Assembly: GCA_051362555.1 (NCBI GenBank)
Contig: CM120644.1
Span: 21,040,534-21,104,533, forward strand
Origin: Lingula anatina
Lineage: Eukaryota; Animalia; Brachiopoda
Direction of reading: 5' to 3'
DNA length: 64,000 bases
The translations under genes were made by a program, and so were the position numbers. This document shows positions 36,527 through 50,344 of the stretch, in pieces. Below the pieces are notes generated by a model. It had not been told where the DNA came from, ran no database searches, and worked only from the letters and a program-made list of their open reading frames with translations. The stretch's first letter is position 1. Each line of letters opens with the position of its first letter.

Positions 36527-38639
36527 CTTTCTGTACTGTACATGACTGAGAAGTACAGTAGGTCAATTTAAGAACAAAAGATTAAGGGGAAATCTAGAAT
36601 GTCAACAAACCGTGATTCTCAGAGAAATTGTTCTCAGTGAATAAATAATTTAAAAATAAAGTAAATGTTGTTTGATAAGATTTAAACTTTTCTTCCACAA
36701 AAAATCTGTAGGAAATTACTTAAAATCAATATGATTTAGAACTATCTTTTGGTGATTACAAGTCTAGATCAAATTCTAGTTGGTTTGTGCTGGCATCTCT
36801 AACTGACAGCAACATCAATTGAGAGAATGCAATCACAGTGTAGAATTCCAAAATTCACAGTTAATGCTATATTCACTCCATTCTTTTTATACATAATTTC
36901 GTAATTTCTATCAAAACTTGTTTCTAAAGAAATACAAAAAGACATTTATGTCGATTTTTCTTCACAAGCTAATTTTGCAGAACATTATCATTCTGACATT
37001 CAACATTATACAGACACCTGGACAGGTTCCTCATTATAAAGCCAATATTTCATGAAATGTTACTTTTATACTCTTTTAAAGGTTATACTTGGACGCAACC
37101 GCACATGTACAGGGACAAAAAGATTTTTGTTGCTGCATTCAAAACTTTTATTACATTAATAATAAATTAGTATAATATGAAATTATAACCTTTTTTTCAA
37201 ACGTGAAAGGCCGAAGACATAAGAAAATAAAATGTTTGTTACAAACATGTGGGCCTATAGTGCTCTATTTTAATAAAATTGGTATAAAGGCTATAGGGCT
37301 ATGTATGTACAAGATTATAATTTTTGTATTTGTGTCCGTTCCTCTGTATTTAAGCAACATTGTACAGGAAGTTTGTTGAGGAGATATTTAGAGTCTGAAA
37401 TTGTTGAGAGGGAGCTAAGTAACAGAAAAAATGGTGGTGATCCGTTATTTAGGTTACCAGTCAAGTACTCAAGTAGTCAAGTTATGCTGTAATAATATGG
37501 CACTAATTTAATGTTTGTGCTATGAAACAGTGGTTTGAGTTTTAAATATGTTTTAGTGCCTACAAGTCTGAGGCTCATGATGGAAAAAAAGGCAATAATT
37601 GTGATTATTTATGAGGCCGACTGCCTTACTGAAATTGAATTCCTTATCACTATCTGTAGAACCAACCATTATAACAGATAGCGTTGCCGAGAGGAGGTGA
37701 GAGAGAATGCAGACAACCTGAGAAGATTTCAGAAAGTCACAGTCAATTTTATTGAAATCTTAGTGGAATATGTAATACACAGAGGTGTAAATATAACTGT
37801 GCATAACATATCTGAAAATAGACTATAATGAATTCACATAACACAATGTCACAAGTTGTCATTACATAGATCATCAATGGGAAAGAATCGTACTTAATCA
37901 AATACATAATATAACACTTTAATGTCCATCTCTTCTATATTCAAGTTCGCAAAGATAAAGATAAATTATAGATAGGTGTTCCCCTTTCTAAGAAATTAAT
38001 AGTTTACCAGATGAAAACAATTGAAATAGAGCTTTTGATACTGCAGGTCAACTGCAATACAGCTGATGACCCTATCACTAATGGTCAGTTTACCTGAGTG
38101 TCCATAGTGCTGTCTTCCTGACTTGTTAACAACTGACCACTATTATGTGAAGGCCTTGAGTTGCCGGACCAGGCTGGAATTAGTGCTGCGATCACTCTGT
38201 CTGGTGCTGAGGGAACGCATTCGATGTGCGCCCCTCTCCCGTCCCCTGCCCAGGGATGACGTAGTTGACTGTGTAAGAGTTTTATTTTGCGGTTCAGTGG
38301 ATGCTTCTCTCTCTCGTCCGCCTTTCCCGAAAATGTTCCACTCCAGAAAAAATTAATAATGGTACATGTATGGGAAAATTGTACAGGCAATTGACCTACA
38401 TTCTCTATTGCAGTTATTGGCGCTAATTTAACAATGTTATGACTTGGACGTGACAACGATTCACGCCTGTGACATAAAGGTTTATAATTTATGTCAATGA
38501 ATTAATAAACAGGGCGTGTTGATCGAATGGTTGGTAAGTTGTGAGTGTAAAGGGGCATTGCTTTTTTCAAAAATAAAATAAAAAACTACACGACTCAAAA
38601 CCAGGAAAATGTCTTTTCTCTTATGTGCAGTACTATATA

Positions 38640-39560
38640 TGCAGATAATAAATATGTACGGGTATAGAGGATCACCCTGTCTAACACCCCGAGTGAATTT
38701 GAAGAATTCTGTGAGATGTCCATTATTTTCAACAGCAGTGGAAACATTAAAGTAGAGAGTTTTGAACCAGTTTTGAATATCTTCACTGGAATTTAAAAAA
38801 TGAAGACACTGCAAAATATATGTTCCCTTGAAAACCTGCATTAATAATATGTCACCTTTTTCTGTTTTACGGAAAATATTTTGAATAGCTCTGGAATATT
38901 CGCCTATATCGCGACCTTTATCAAATCCTGCCTGTGTAAATGACATGATATCGTCAATATGTTCCTGGATTCTGGCTGCTATGCAAGCAGAACCAAGTTC
39001 ATAATCAACATTTAGCAAAGTCATTGGACGTCAGTTCTTGAGGAATGCTTTCTCCTTCTCCTCCTCTGGTATACACTTGATTATACCTTGGCGTTAGGAT
39101 GTAGACATTGTACTTCAAAGGATTTATTAATTAGCACTTTGAGGTCATTTCAAAATAATTTATAAATATTTTTAATAAATGGATTTTCGTCGTTGAAAAG
39201 GGTATGACATTATTAACATTATCCAATACATTGGCGTTGGACTGGTATGAATCGCTATTGGATTTTTTTCTGTTCTTTTAGGATATCGTGGGTATTTATA
39301 TCTTTTCCGTCTTTCCCTATCAATTTAAAGATCGATTTCTCTCAATAATTTCCTTTTTGACAAATTAAGAAAATATTTCGAGATTTTTTTCTTCCTCTAC
39401 TTTCCATTTGCTTTTGCTCTTAAAATAATCACCTCATTTTTTGTCACGCATTTTTTAAAATTCATCTTATTTTTCCTGAATTGACAACCGAATGGTCTCA
39501 TCATCCCTGTTATTTAGAGTCATATAATTATAGTTCAATACTTCCCTAATTATTTTTTTT
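38640..39560 (-). pseudogene. Degraded L1/Tx1 RT fragment
   Basis: TLLNVDY..QAGFDKGRDIGE..NNGHLTEFFKFTRGVRQGDPLYPYIFIIC, with upstream SKWKVEEEK..KYF-like sequence; frameshifted. Confidence 0.85.
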
Positions 39561-40779
39561 CTCTGACTACGAACTTAACCAAAATTACATGGTCACATCC
39601 TTCCCTATAAGGAACAGTGTTTCAGCACTCTGCTAAAGGATAGTTAATTATCCCCAAACAGCTTCAGCAGACGTTCCAGACATCAGAGCTGCTTTTAAAG
39701 TCGAGTGCAATTTAGCGAGAAACCCCACGGAAATGGGTCGATCCTGCTAGATCGATCTAGGTAAGGGAAGGGGGTCTTAGCTATAAGAACTCGTACAGGT
39801 TTGTTTGATTTTGTGGGCAGACAGGCAATGTTTTAAGTGCGATGTAAGGCAGGAGTCGAACTTTTTTGCATAATTATGTTTAAACTTTCTCTGTTGGCTT
39901 TTAGTTAAAACTGTGAGGAGAGCAATCAGTTCCATATGACATTGGGAATCCGTGTCTGAACAGTATAACTGCAAATATAACATCGTTTCTCAGCTGTGTT
40001 GACAGAAATGATTTGTAAGTGCAATTCGGGTTACGTCCGAAACCGAATAAGGCTCTTTTATCACTTATTTTGTCTCTTTTTTCTACAGACATCGACATCA
40101 TCTAGTTGCAGAAGCAACGCTTTATTCCAAGACATAGTGCACACAAACATTTCATGAGAAGCTTAATAATTCAAAGAATGTTTTACTAACTGTATTTCAA
40201 CCAACAATGTTAATAATGGCACCAGGTACACTTAACAACACTAAGATTATTGCAATCATGTACTGAAGGAAAATTAATGATATCTCTGAAAAGCAAATGC
40301 CATTACTTTTAGCCAACACAGGTTTTTAGGTGTCCGTGAACGTTTGTAAACGTTTCTATGACTTAATCTGTCCAAATAATCCACGGCAGCTAACACTAAA
40401 TGGTTTCTGTTGTCCACGGGATGCCAGGAATTTTACTGCGTGGGTTCTGTTTTGTCAGTTGTGCTTCATCTTTCCTGAAAATATTGAAACCAGACAAAAC
40501 TGTTAACGAGCAAGATAAAGGTGAAATGTGTACAGGTAATTCCTAGATCAGTTACTAAAACTTTACATTAAAAAACCAATATAACTATTGAAAAAATGTC
40601 ATGAATAGCAGGATATCGCCCAGCTTGAAATTGGATCTGTATTTCAGGATAGTGTGTAATATTTTATAACGGAATCTAATGGAATACTTATGAACCTTGC
40701 TTCATGTAGTAGTAGGAGGAGAGAGAGAGAGAGTAGTAGCAGTAGTAGTAGAGAGAGAGATTGTAGGTACATATGTATA

Positions 40780-43700
40780 TTATTCAGCTGTTGCTGGTAT
40801 CCCTCTGTAATCCCCACAGGTCTGCATATCCTCCTCGAACATAGTCCCGGTGGGGCAGGGTCTGAGGACGGCCATCCCCTGACTGTCACACTGCCAGTAA
40901 CATGTCTCGTCTTCAGCGTAAGCAAAGTACAGCTTTTTACTCGGTTCGTACGAGACGGTTTCAATTCTGTAGCTGAAAGTTGTGGAATATCAAGTGATGA
41001 TGAAATATGAAGTGATGGTCAACTGAAAGCAAGGGGGTGCGGGTAATGCAAATAAAATGCTCCGTGGAACATTTTTGATCGCAATTTTACGGCATCAGGA
41101 CAATACCCCCACACAACGTCTAACTTGGCAATTCTTTCCCGGACAACCCCCTTGTAACAAAATTATAACATTTAGACTGAAAATGAAGAATGTGATCTCG
41201 AGAAAAATGATCAAGGAGGCTGTCGTTTACCAAGATCAGTTTTCAGATGGGATAAAGAGAAAATCTCACTCACTCATTCAAGTATCTAACTATAAATTGA
41301 AATTTGTCCGATGTTAAGGTGAATACTTGAGCTTTAATTCATTCAAGGCGATGTACTCAAATAAGGTTCCTTTTGTATTCTTTTACTAAGGTTGTCTCAA
41401 TACCCTTGGTCGACTGTAAAACGATCTCGTTTTATTTTAAACACTCCACATATGCAGCCACATTATTACTTTGGTAAAAAACGACTATGAATATACTGTA
41501 GATGATATGGTATCAACCAACCCAACTGTCTGTTTATGGTGATCCTTTCCTTTTATTGGAACCTTTTGTGTAAAAGATCCCCCTGGCAAGTACTCGTCAC
41601 GGCACACGACTGGAATGGAATAAAATAAATACATGAACTGATTTATCTAAACAAATTTTTTAAAAATATGTTGAGGATATTGACCATTTATTCAAAATAA
41701 ACCTTTTGTCTTTAATTTGATAATTGTTGGTCTTTCTGAACGAACAAAGATAATGAGATCATAATTTTGTGTGTGGAGTTATAAGGTATGTGTAATGAGT
41801 ACATTGATCGTGTTTGCCTTTGTCTTGGTATTTTGCCTTGACGATACTACTGGTGATAATCTAGTTTTAACATTGCAAACATCAGTTCTGCTAAGTTGAC
41901 ACCAACTTGCTTCAATACGTGTTTTAAAGTGAAACATGACACGATTGAAACATGATCGAAACACTTCCAATAGCAGTTCAGAAAATATTAGAGATACGCA
42001 AAAACAAAATATTCTAAAATAAGAATTGAAATTTATGTTCTCATTCAATTTGCCATTTTGTTGCAAATAACAAATAAGGTATTGTCCGAAAGAAGGACAC
42101 TGGAATATATGATATGCATGTTCTACGTAGAATGGAATACTCACACTCCGTGCATGACCACATGCTGTGGCACACGGGGTAGATTGCAACCGGTAATGTG
42201 TCGTTACGTTTCGACAGTATTGTGTGTGTGTGTGTGTGAGTGAGAGAGAGAGAGAGATGACGTACATAGTTTATTTGTATGAGATCCAGCACATCTTTTG
42301 GCCATCAGCGGTTTTTGTCTGAAAAACAGGATAAGGATTTTATATTCTGACTGCACCTACTCTTCTACAGAAGTAAATACCCAAGTGTATTAAGCGCTGA
42401 TGAATATTTTTGAGACTGATTCGGAAACAGTGCCGTCAATATGTCTGGAGAGACACGTTATGACTGTCAAAACTGTACACATCATTACATCCATTCGTCG
42501 TTCAGTGCTTAATGCTTTATTCTATAAACTTAAATTATGACAAAACGGAATGCACTTCAGCATTATCTACTAAGGTTGCACAAATGTTGTAAATAAATCT
42601 GTTAGAAATACTGATACACTGCATGGCGATATCACTGGTTGAGCTTACCGAATCTGAGTGTTAGAAAACATCAAGATATAGATAGTCCAGGAGAGAGCAT
42701 ACATGTATACATATACCCAGACATCCCATTTAATGAGGCACTTAAAATTTCTCACAGTGTAACACTTGGCGACAGAAAGGATTTACAGTCGAAAACATTA
42801 CTCCACAATACATGTATGACCAAAATGCAGCTACTAGCTGACACATATAAAAAATAGGATACTGTAAATATACTCTGCGTCCAACTCAAAAAAAGTTTTA
42901 CCTTGATGGGTTCCCATACCTAGCTCGTTCTAATAAGCTCGATCCATCTCCAAGAGGTTATTCGCTAAATTGCTTTCAGCTTAAGCGGCTTAGATGTCTC
43001 GCACGCCTACTGAAGCTGCTAAATAATAATTTTAATTAAAATTACCCCCTTTGCAGCTTCAGCACACTCAAACATTGGGCACTGAATACTTTAAATAAAT
43101 TAGTAACTTTTAGTGTGTTTTTAATTAAATAAATTAGAAACATCTACAAGGTGTTATGTAACTATTATCTCTTTTTACTGTAAACGGTTTCTACGGCAAG
43201 ACGCCCAGTTTTATCTATTATATTGATCCCAAAAATGCATTGCGTTATTCTCAAAATCAAGCATTCACAAAAACCAATTCAGAGGCTTTTTTCACTAAAT
43301 GTGAGCATATACCATTGACAGCAAGCGTTGAATTAAATCTACCACCCAGAATGCAACCAATCTGCTAGATGTTAATTCAAAACTGAACAAACGGTCTGAG
43401 TTATTTCATCCATTGTTGGGGATAATATTTCATGCAATATATAGAAAATTGCTATTTACGCTTTCATTCCTCGTCCGAAGTAATTGCTGCATATAAAAAG
43501 TGTGTCTTGATTTTAGTTGTTAATATCTTAATTAAGATGTTTTTGTATAGAATACATGCGTGTATATCAGATACTCACGGTTTGATTTCGTCAACGGGTT
43601 ACAATAGAAAAGTGCATGTCTATATATTTGTTGGACCTATTTCAGTGTTAACATGGCAGGAAGAATTTAGCATTATTTTCAATAAGGCTGCGACACATTG

Positions 43701-44349
43701 AATATGTATCTCACTTAATCCACGAGGACTTTGGCTGAATGCAATCAGGTTAACAAATTAACACACTTCCGCCTGGAACTGAGTAGAATGCAGAAAAGAT
43801 GGCGAGTTTACGAGTACGCTGGAAATACATGTTCTGCTTCATAAACAAGACATGTGTGCGTGCGTCTGTATGTGAGTGTCTGTGCGTGCGTGCGTGCGTG
43901 CATCACGGCTATTCAGTACAATCGCCGATTGTCGAAGGACAGTTGCTGATATATTTGTATTCCTCAGGTAGTATAAATGCAAAACAGATGATGATATCCA
44001 TAATGCCATCGTTGTTAAAAACGACTTTGTACAGTTTTTTCTTATCAAAGAAATAACGGTCTGTCATTCATTTAAATTATAATAGTCAGCTAGTCAAAGT
44101 GGATATTTTGTTAAGTATACATCAATCCACTGCGGAAGAATAAATCAAAGCCATACATGTTATAAATATCCTTTAAAGTTATCAAAATATTCCTAAATCG
44201 TAACCTATTTCACAACAAATCTCTAATGCAACGCCTTTTTTCACCGTTACAAACCCAGAATATATAAATGCAATTACAGGGAGAAATACATGTACTTACG
44301 CGGAAGCTGCCAGACCTACAAGACATAGAAACAAAGCAATCTTCAACAT
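40780..44349 (-). CDS. Secreted small protein with a C-terminal chitin-binding type-2 (CBM14/peritrophin-A)-like domain, copy 1 (~159 aa; internal exons tentative)
   Basis: Signal-peptide exon MLKIALFLCLVGLAASA (44349-44300, GTAAGT donor). Phase-compatible exons follow at 43486-43460, 42653-42649, 42444-42381, 42318-42266 and 41609-41522. The last exon 40972-40780 reads YRIETVSYEPSKKLYFAYAEDETCYWQCDSQGMAVLRPCPTGTMFEEDMQTCGDYRGIPATAE*. AATAAA at 40126-40121. Confidence 0.75.
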
Positions 44350-44429
44350 CTTGGCGTCTTTGTCTTGACTAGAGTTCTCCAGTCTTTTCTGATCCTATGA
44401 AGTGTGTGTCAGACGGCTTTCAGCCCACG

Positions 44430-44437
44430 TTTTATAG
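44430..44437 (-). promoter_or_regulatory. TATA box of chitin-binding gene copy 1 (equivalents at about 53820-53827 and 63577-63584)
   Basis: The minus strand reads CCTATAAAA about 80 bp upstream of the ATG, and this is conserved in all three copies. Confidence 0.65.
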
Positions 44438-45509
44438 GAAGGTTCTAAAAGCACTCCTTCTTTTACGTCAGTTTTATAGCCGTTCCAACGTGTTTATCTT
44501 GCTGGGGGATTGTGTAACATGCATAAAGATGTATTACTTAAGATACCTAAGGGTTTTGTTTTTTAGCATCCGCAGCTACATAAAATGTAAAATGTAGTAG
44601 GCCGGATTTGTATCTAGACAAGTAATCAAAAAGCGATTACACAAAAGATCGTAATGTTTGTTGTGACTTTCATCCAGAGACCTCTGTTGGCCTTGTGGTC
44701 ATAGATATCGACCTCCATTGAGTCCTGAGGCGGTACTGACTTTTTTTACATGACAGACATCTCAGCATTCGGTCAACATTTTGTTTTAGTTTGTTTGTTA
44801 CATTACATAACATAAATGTACCTCAAACGAAACTTTATGTTGAAGTTCAGTGGAAATATTTTGTTGATAAAAAACAAGTGGAAAATCTAACAGAAACGAC
44901 AATAAATAAATTAATTAATTAATAAAAATAGATCAACAAGTGAAATTTCGAGACCTGTAGGGCAAAGAAAAACATCATTATATTGACACTGTATCCTGAG
45001 CTATGAAGTCCATAGTCATTGTTGATCACAAGTATTATTGGGGATATGGTGACACCGTTCTTTACAATAATCCCCATTTTCATCGTTTTAAACTGTTTTC
45101 AATTTGCATGTGCTGAATAACTACCATATAAAATAACAGCTTAATCGTTCGCATGTAATGGTTTGTAATGTAAAAATTTGCAATAAGTTTTATAGGAGGT
45201 GACACTGGGCCCTTAGGCAGTTAATAGAATAACAATGAACACAAGGCCAACGACATAAAACAGACTTATATTGAGGTCGATCTTTGGGGTACTTTGTGTC
45301 CTGTGGAAGTAAGAGCGACTTCCTGACTTCCTTTACTTTATAGTTGTCCAGGATTTAAGTCTATGTTGTGATTTTAATGTCAATTTAATTATGTATCCAT
45401 TATACAGATGTGTTTCAGTCCTCTGTTATTTATGTTCTTGCTTAACCGCAAACAATGGTACCATAGTCCAAATAAGTATAAACCTAAGGTCCAATTCATT
45501 AACACCCCC

Positions 45510-45710
45510 TACGCACACACGCATACACATACACACACACAAATACACACACACACATGTACATCCATACACACATACACAAACACACACATACATACTC
45601 ATACATGTACATCCACACACACATACACCCACACACACATATACATACGCACAAACATACACACACATACATACACAACATAGACCAATTCCACCCACAC
45701 ATATACACAT
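45510..45710. repeat. Degenerate (CA)n/(CATA)n microsatellite (paralog at 54887-55140)
   Basis: Direct reading; explains the His/Thr- and Cys/Val-rich spurious ORFs. Confidence 0.9.
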
Positions 45711-47256
45711 TTTTGTCAACCTGGACACAGGAGGAGGGTTAAGAGGACATGTCCACCTCTATGAAAATGTGTTCATGCTGTGTGCATACTTTCATTAGTG
45801 ATCAGTCAGCCGATGTCTCTTTTGGGGAACATTTTGGTCATTGTCCCTCTCACGCCCCTGAACCCACCCTGAGTGTCAGGGCACAGTAAAGCTAGCTTGT
45901 TAACTATTCATACCTTGTCATGGAATACCTTTACTGGTTTTTCTGATATGGGTTATATATGAAATCAAGATCGATCTGGCAAAAGTGAAATCTAGAACCT
46001 AGGGTACCCTGAACCCTTCCCAGCCACTTTTATTATAGTGAAAATGTTTTTATCTACTCACATGAAGTGTGACGTTTTGTTATTTATTGGTCCTCTTTCT
46101 TCTTATTTATGATATATAGGACAATCTATACGCTACTTCCTAACTTGGTTTCTCGATCCACATTGGTAAATTTTGCAGTGATAAAAGAGAGGATGGACGG
46201 CGGTGTGTTAGTTGCGACTCAATTGCCCTCCTCTTAACGTCTAGGGGTCCATTTTGGATAAAAGATGACACTTTTTTAGTCTTGTTCAGTAGTGAGTCGC
46301 TACATATAAATGTGACATTAAGCATACATTAAGAAGGAATATCAACGTATGTACGAGATGTAACATCGTAACATTGAAGTGTTTGACGCCACTCACGCAG
46401 TATCCATATTGGACACTTATATTTTAATGGTTGTGTTTTAACAGGAAGTACGTCATATTCGCCAAACAATTTTACTTCAGCATAAAATTCATGCTAAAAC
46501 GGCGATTATAACCACCATTGAAAAATGACGAATTTACTACGTGCTAGGGCACAGTTTGTGGTTTTTGCAAGTTTAAAACGATATTTGTTCATTACAAATA
46601 CTGGTAAAAGTGTTTCAATGCAGCTTCATACATAAAATGTAATGTTGCACCGACTGCTTATGAAGGGTTACATATTTTTGCATATTAGTAAGTAATATTG
46701 TGTCATATATTTCAGCTCCCAAGGACAGACACCTATCTAGGTGGAGAAGGTTTTTAAATCTTTTCACGTCTTGCTTCAGACGTAGGTCAAGAACATGGAT
46801 GGTTATTATTGTTATTATTAAATCTAATAACTTCAGACATTTAGCAATGAGGAAAATTTGACAGCATTTAAAAAAACAGATTCATTATACAGTCACAAGG
46901 AAGTTCTTTTGTTTGTTTCCTTGTTTTGATGGCATCATAACTAAGTGAACTTTCAGTTTTTAAGAGGTACACTATGTCAAACAGCTGGTAAAACCTGTAC
47001 AGTAATTATATGATAGCAGCTGGGAGCTGGTGGTTGTAAAGTTTCTGTCAACATCTTTTTACAGTTTATACATTTTAGCTGATTTATATTTTAATATTTT
47101 CATCTTTTACTTTTTAGGAATGTCAGCGCAGAACTGTTATTGCCTCGGTAGCAGCCAGTTAAAAAATTTCAAAATGCCGTTCTCTTAATTTAATAATAAA
47201 ATATTAATTTAATGTAATCACAAGTGTTCTGTTTTTCTTTCTTTTCTTAATAATTT

Positions 47257-47563
47257 GAGGGTACCATTGGGGGGGGGGGGTAGTGATCGCGGTTCACGGG
47301 AAATAAAATCATTAATTAACAAATCACAGTAATAAAACGTTATTCGTATATCACTGATAATGCAAATGGAAACTGCTGATAATCACGAATCACCTAGTAT
47401 AACACTTCGTTTTACAATGGGCAAAATATAAAAAGCTGCATTTAAGTGTCATGGGAATGGGCTTCACGGATCATGCTAAACAATAAATTTATATTAATGT
47501 TTCTCGCATCTCTGGGAAATAAAAGTGGCTTTCGCGGGTAACGAAAACACCTAAGGGAACCTT
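47257..47563. mobile_element. Non-autonomous DNA element (GAGGGTACC..GGAACCYTC ends); paralog at about 56831-57130
   Basis: Short imperfect TIRs, poly-G, and AT-rich (TTAA-like) flanks. Confidence 0.5.
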
Positions 47564-48556
47564 CTTAATTTTAATTTTAAAAAAATTTTAAAAAAGTTTG
47601 AAAAAGCAGAATAATAATGATTCTTATATAAACGACTGATCCTGAAGGACCACCCACCCACCTACCGTCTCGCCCCACATCCCGGCTCCTACATGTACGC
47701 TGTGTATCAAAACTATCGTTGGCTGGTTCATCTTCTGCCGGGAGTTGAACAGTTAACGTGGTCAACAAATTGTTAGGGAGAGACAGATGGCATAGAGAAT
47801 TAGCATGTTGTCTGCAAAGTGCTACACAGAGAAACTGGAAAAGTGGGCTATTTTTACACTTTTCTTAAAGTTTGTAATAGTCTCTGCTTATAGCAGCTCC
47901 ACGCTCTTTTTATGATTTGCTGTTACACTGGTACTTCTCTCTCTCGTCGGTCCACTCCTAAAGTGTTCCACTAAAGAAAAAATCAAAAATGCTATGGGAG
48001 AATTGTACAGGCAATTGACCTACTTTTTCCACTGTAGTAATTGGCGCTAGTTTATCAATGTTATGACTTGGACGTGATAACGTGATTCGCGCCTGTGATA
48101 TGAAGGTTTATAATTTATATAAGTGAATTAATAAACAGGGCGTGTCGATCAAATGATTCGAAACTTGTGAGCGCAAAGGGACATTGTTTTTTACAAAATA
48201 AATTAACTGATAGCGACGAAAATCCAGGAAAAAATATGTTCTCTTATATGCAAATTAGATTGCCTGTAGTAATATAAGGCTGTCCGGAAGTGATGTCCAC
48301 ATCAGAGATTTCAAATAGTGGTGATCTTGATTACCTAAGCTATTTCAATTTTTATTATTTGATAAAATAATATAAATTTGAAGCTACCAAAATATCCCCG
48401 GGAAGTAAAACAAGTTTCCTTTCATTATAAATCATTGCTGGAACCGTCCTTCGGATGAATTTTGTTACAGAAAGAAAGCGGAGAAGGGGCTCTGATCGCG
48501 GGCCCTGATACACGCCTCCTCCCTACCCGAGAACTACCGTAATTGTCACAAGTTTT

Positions 48557-48559
<3 letters not shown>

Positions 48560-48588
<29 letters not shown>

Positions 48589-48604
48589 GTTATTATTATT
48601 ATTA

Positions 48605-48637
<33 letters not shown>

Positions 48638-49090
48638 TTCCATACACAAAGTTGATACAGAACGTTTACATAAAATGTACGATACAATGTGAGACAAAGA
48701 CACCTTCCACAAACCCTTCACACAAATAATGACGTAAAATACATGTACAAATATTGGTCAAGAGAATCTTAGTAGGTTATAACAAATATTCTTTTCCAGT
48801 CATATGAGTGTTTTTCCCCATCTTTCCAATTTTTCCTTATAGAGCTGCCTTTTTAATTTGAAGACCCAGAAAGTGCATTTCTCATGTTCTATCATATTAA
48901 TATTATTATATTTAAAGAGCATCGAATTCTTGAAATTAATTCTATGTGAAATTCTGAATTGCAATTTGAGTAGTTTATGATCATTTGTTTCACCAAAAGG
49001 CAAAGCATGAACTAACTTCTGTTTCTCAATTGGAAAATAAATGTTCAGCTTTTTCCTCCTCTTGCCATGAGTGTTAAAAGATCTTGCTTC
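48560..49090 (-). mobile_element. Tx1 LINE 3' fragment (same family as 28680-30110) with an (AAC)n(AAT)n tail; paralog at 58105-58625
   Basis: PFGETNDHKLLKLQFRISHRI..EHEKCTF matches PFRETNDHKLLTLQFRILH; the 3' UTR is similar to 29950-30110. Confidence 0.85.
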
Positions 49091-50344
49091 TTTATACCCC
49101 CGTCACACTAGAGGCGGAATGAGCAAGAATGCCATCGGAAAGACAATTCTTTGTGCGTTCCTGAATATTCGAAGAGCATTCTAAAATTTCCGAGTGCATT
49201 CCAAGTGCGATGTAACGCTGTGTTAAGGCAGGAGTCGAACTTTTTTGACATTGACAGATAATGTAATGTTTCCTAATCTAGTACTGACACTGGCGAAAAC
49301 ACAAAATCCAATGTTTTTTGCATAATTAGCTTTCTTTGTTGGATTTTAGTTAAAACAGTGTGGGAGCAATAAAGTCCATGTGACGTTTGAAATCCGTGCC
49401 TGAACAGAATAATTGCAAATATACATCGTTTCTCAGCTGTGTTGACAGAAATGTTTTAAAAGCAAATGATTTGTAAGTGCAATTCGGGTTACGTCCGACA
49501 CCGAATAAGGGTCTTTTATCACTTATTTTGTCTCTGTTGTCTACACACATCGACACCATCCAGTTGCAGAAGCAACGCTTTATTCCAAGACATCGTGCAC
49601 ACAAACATTTCATGAGAAGCTAAATAATTCAAAGAATTATTATCATTTCGAGCTATGTTTTACTAACTGTATTTCAACCAACAATGTAAATAATGGCACC
49701 AGATACACTTGACAACACTAAGATTATTGCAATCATTTACCGAAGGAAAATTAATGATTTCTCTGGAAAGCAAATGTCATTACTTTTAGCCAAGACAGGT
49801 TTTTTAGGTGTCCGTTAACGTTTGTAAACGTTTCTATGAACTATTTTCAAGTCTTCATTTTGTTCCAAAACCAATGAACCATGTGCTGTAGAGCAATACG
49901 TTACTTATGTATATTTTTTGCTTAATCTGTTCAAATAATCCACGGCAGCTAACACTAAATGATTTTTGTTGTCCACGGGATGCCAGGAATTTTATAGCGT
50001 GGGTTCTGCTTAGTGAATTGTGCTGCATCTTTCCTGAAAATATTGAAACCAAACAAAACTGTTAACGAGCAAGCTAAAGGTGATATGTGTACAGGTAATT
50101 CCTAGATCATGCAGTTACTAAAACTTTGCATTAAAATACCAACAAAACTATTGAAAAAATGTCATGAATAGCAGGATATTGCCCAGCATGAAATTGGATC
50201 TGTATTTCAGGATAGTGTGTAATATTTTATAACGGAATCTAATGGAATACTTATGAACCTTGCTTCATGTAGTAGTAGTAGGAGAGAGAGAGAGAGAGTA
50301 GTAGCAGTAGTAGTAGAGAAAGAGATTGTAGGTACATATGTATA

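Noticed and set aside
38085-38456. 123-aa minus-strand ORF
   Set aside because: It has no recognisable motif, and the overlapping block is not kept open in its paralogs at 47.9 and 57.5 kb.
40644-40964. ORF MKPSRTNRVKSC.. (and copies at 50251 and 59889)
   Set aside because: This is the wrong frame. The overlapping frame holds the conserved Cys/aromatic chitin-binding pattern and the compatible splice phase.
43432-43701. 89-aa plus-strand ORF conserved in three copies (also 41057-41317 and 44397-44597)
   Set aside because: Recent segmental duplication explains the conservation. These ORFs are antisense to the introns or promoter of the chitin-binding gene and show no domain features.
45391-45798. 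His/Thr-rich and Cys/Val-rich ORFs (also 54772-55230)
   Set aside because: These are translations of degenerate CA microsatellites.
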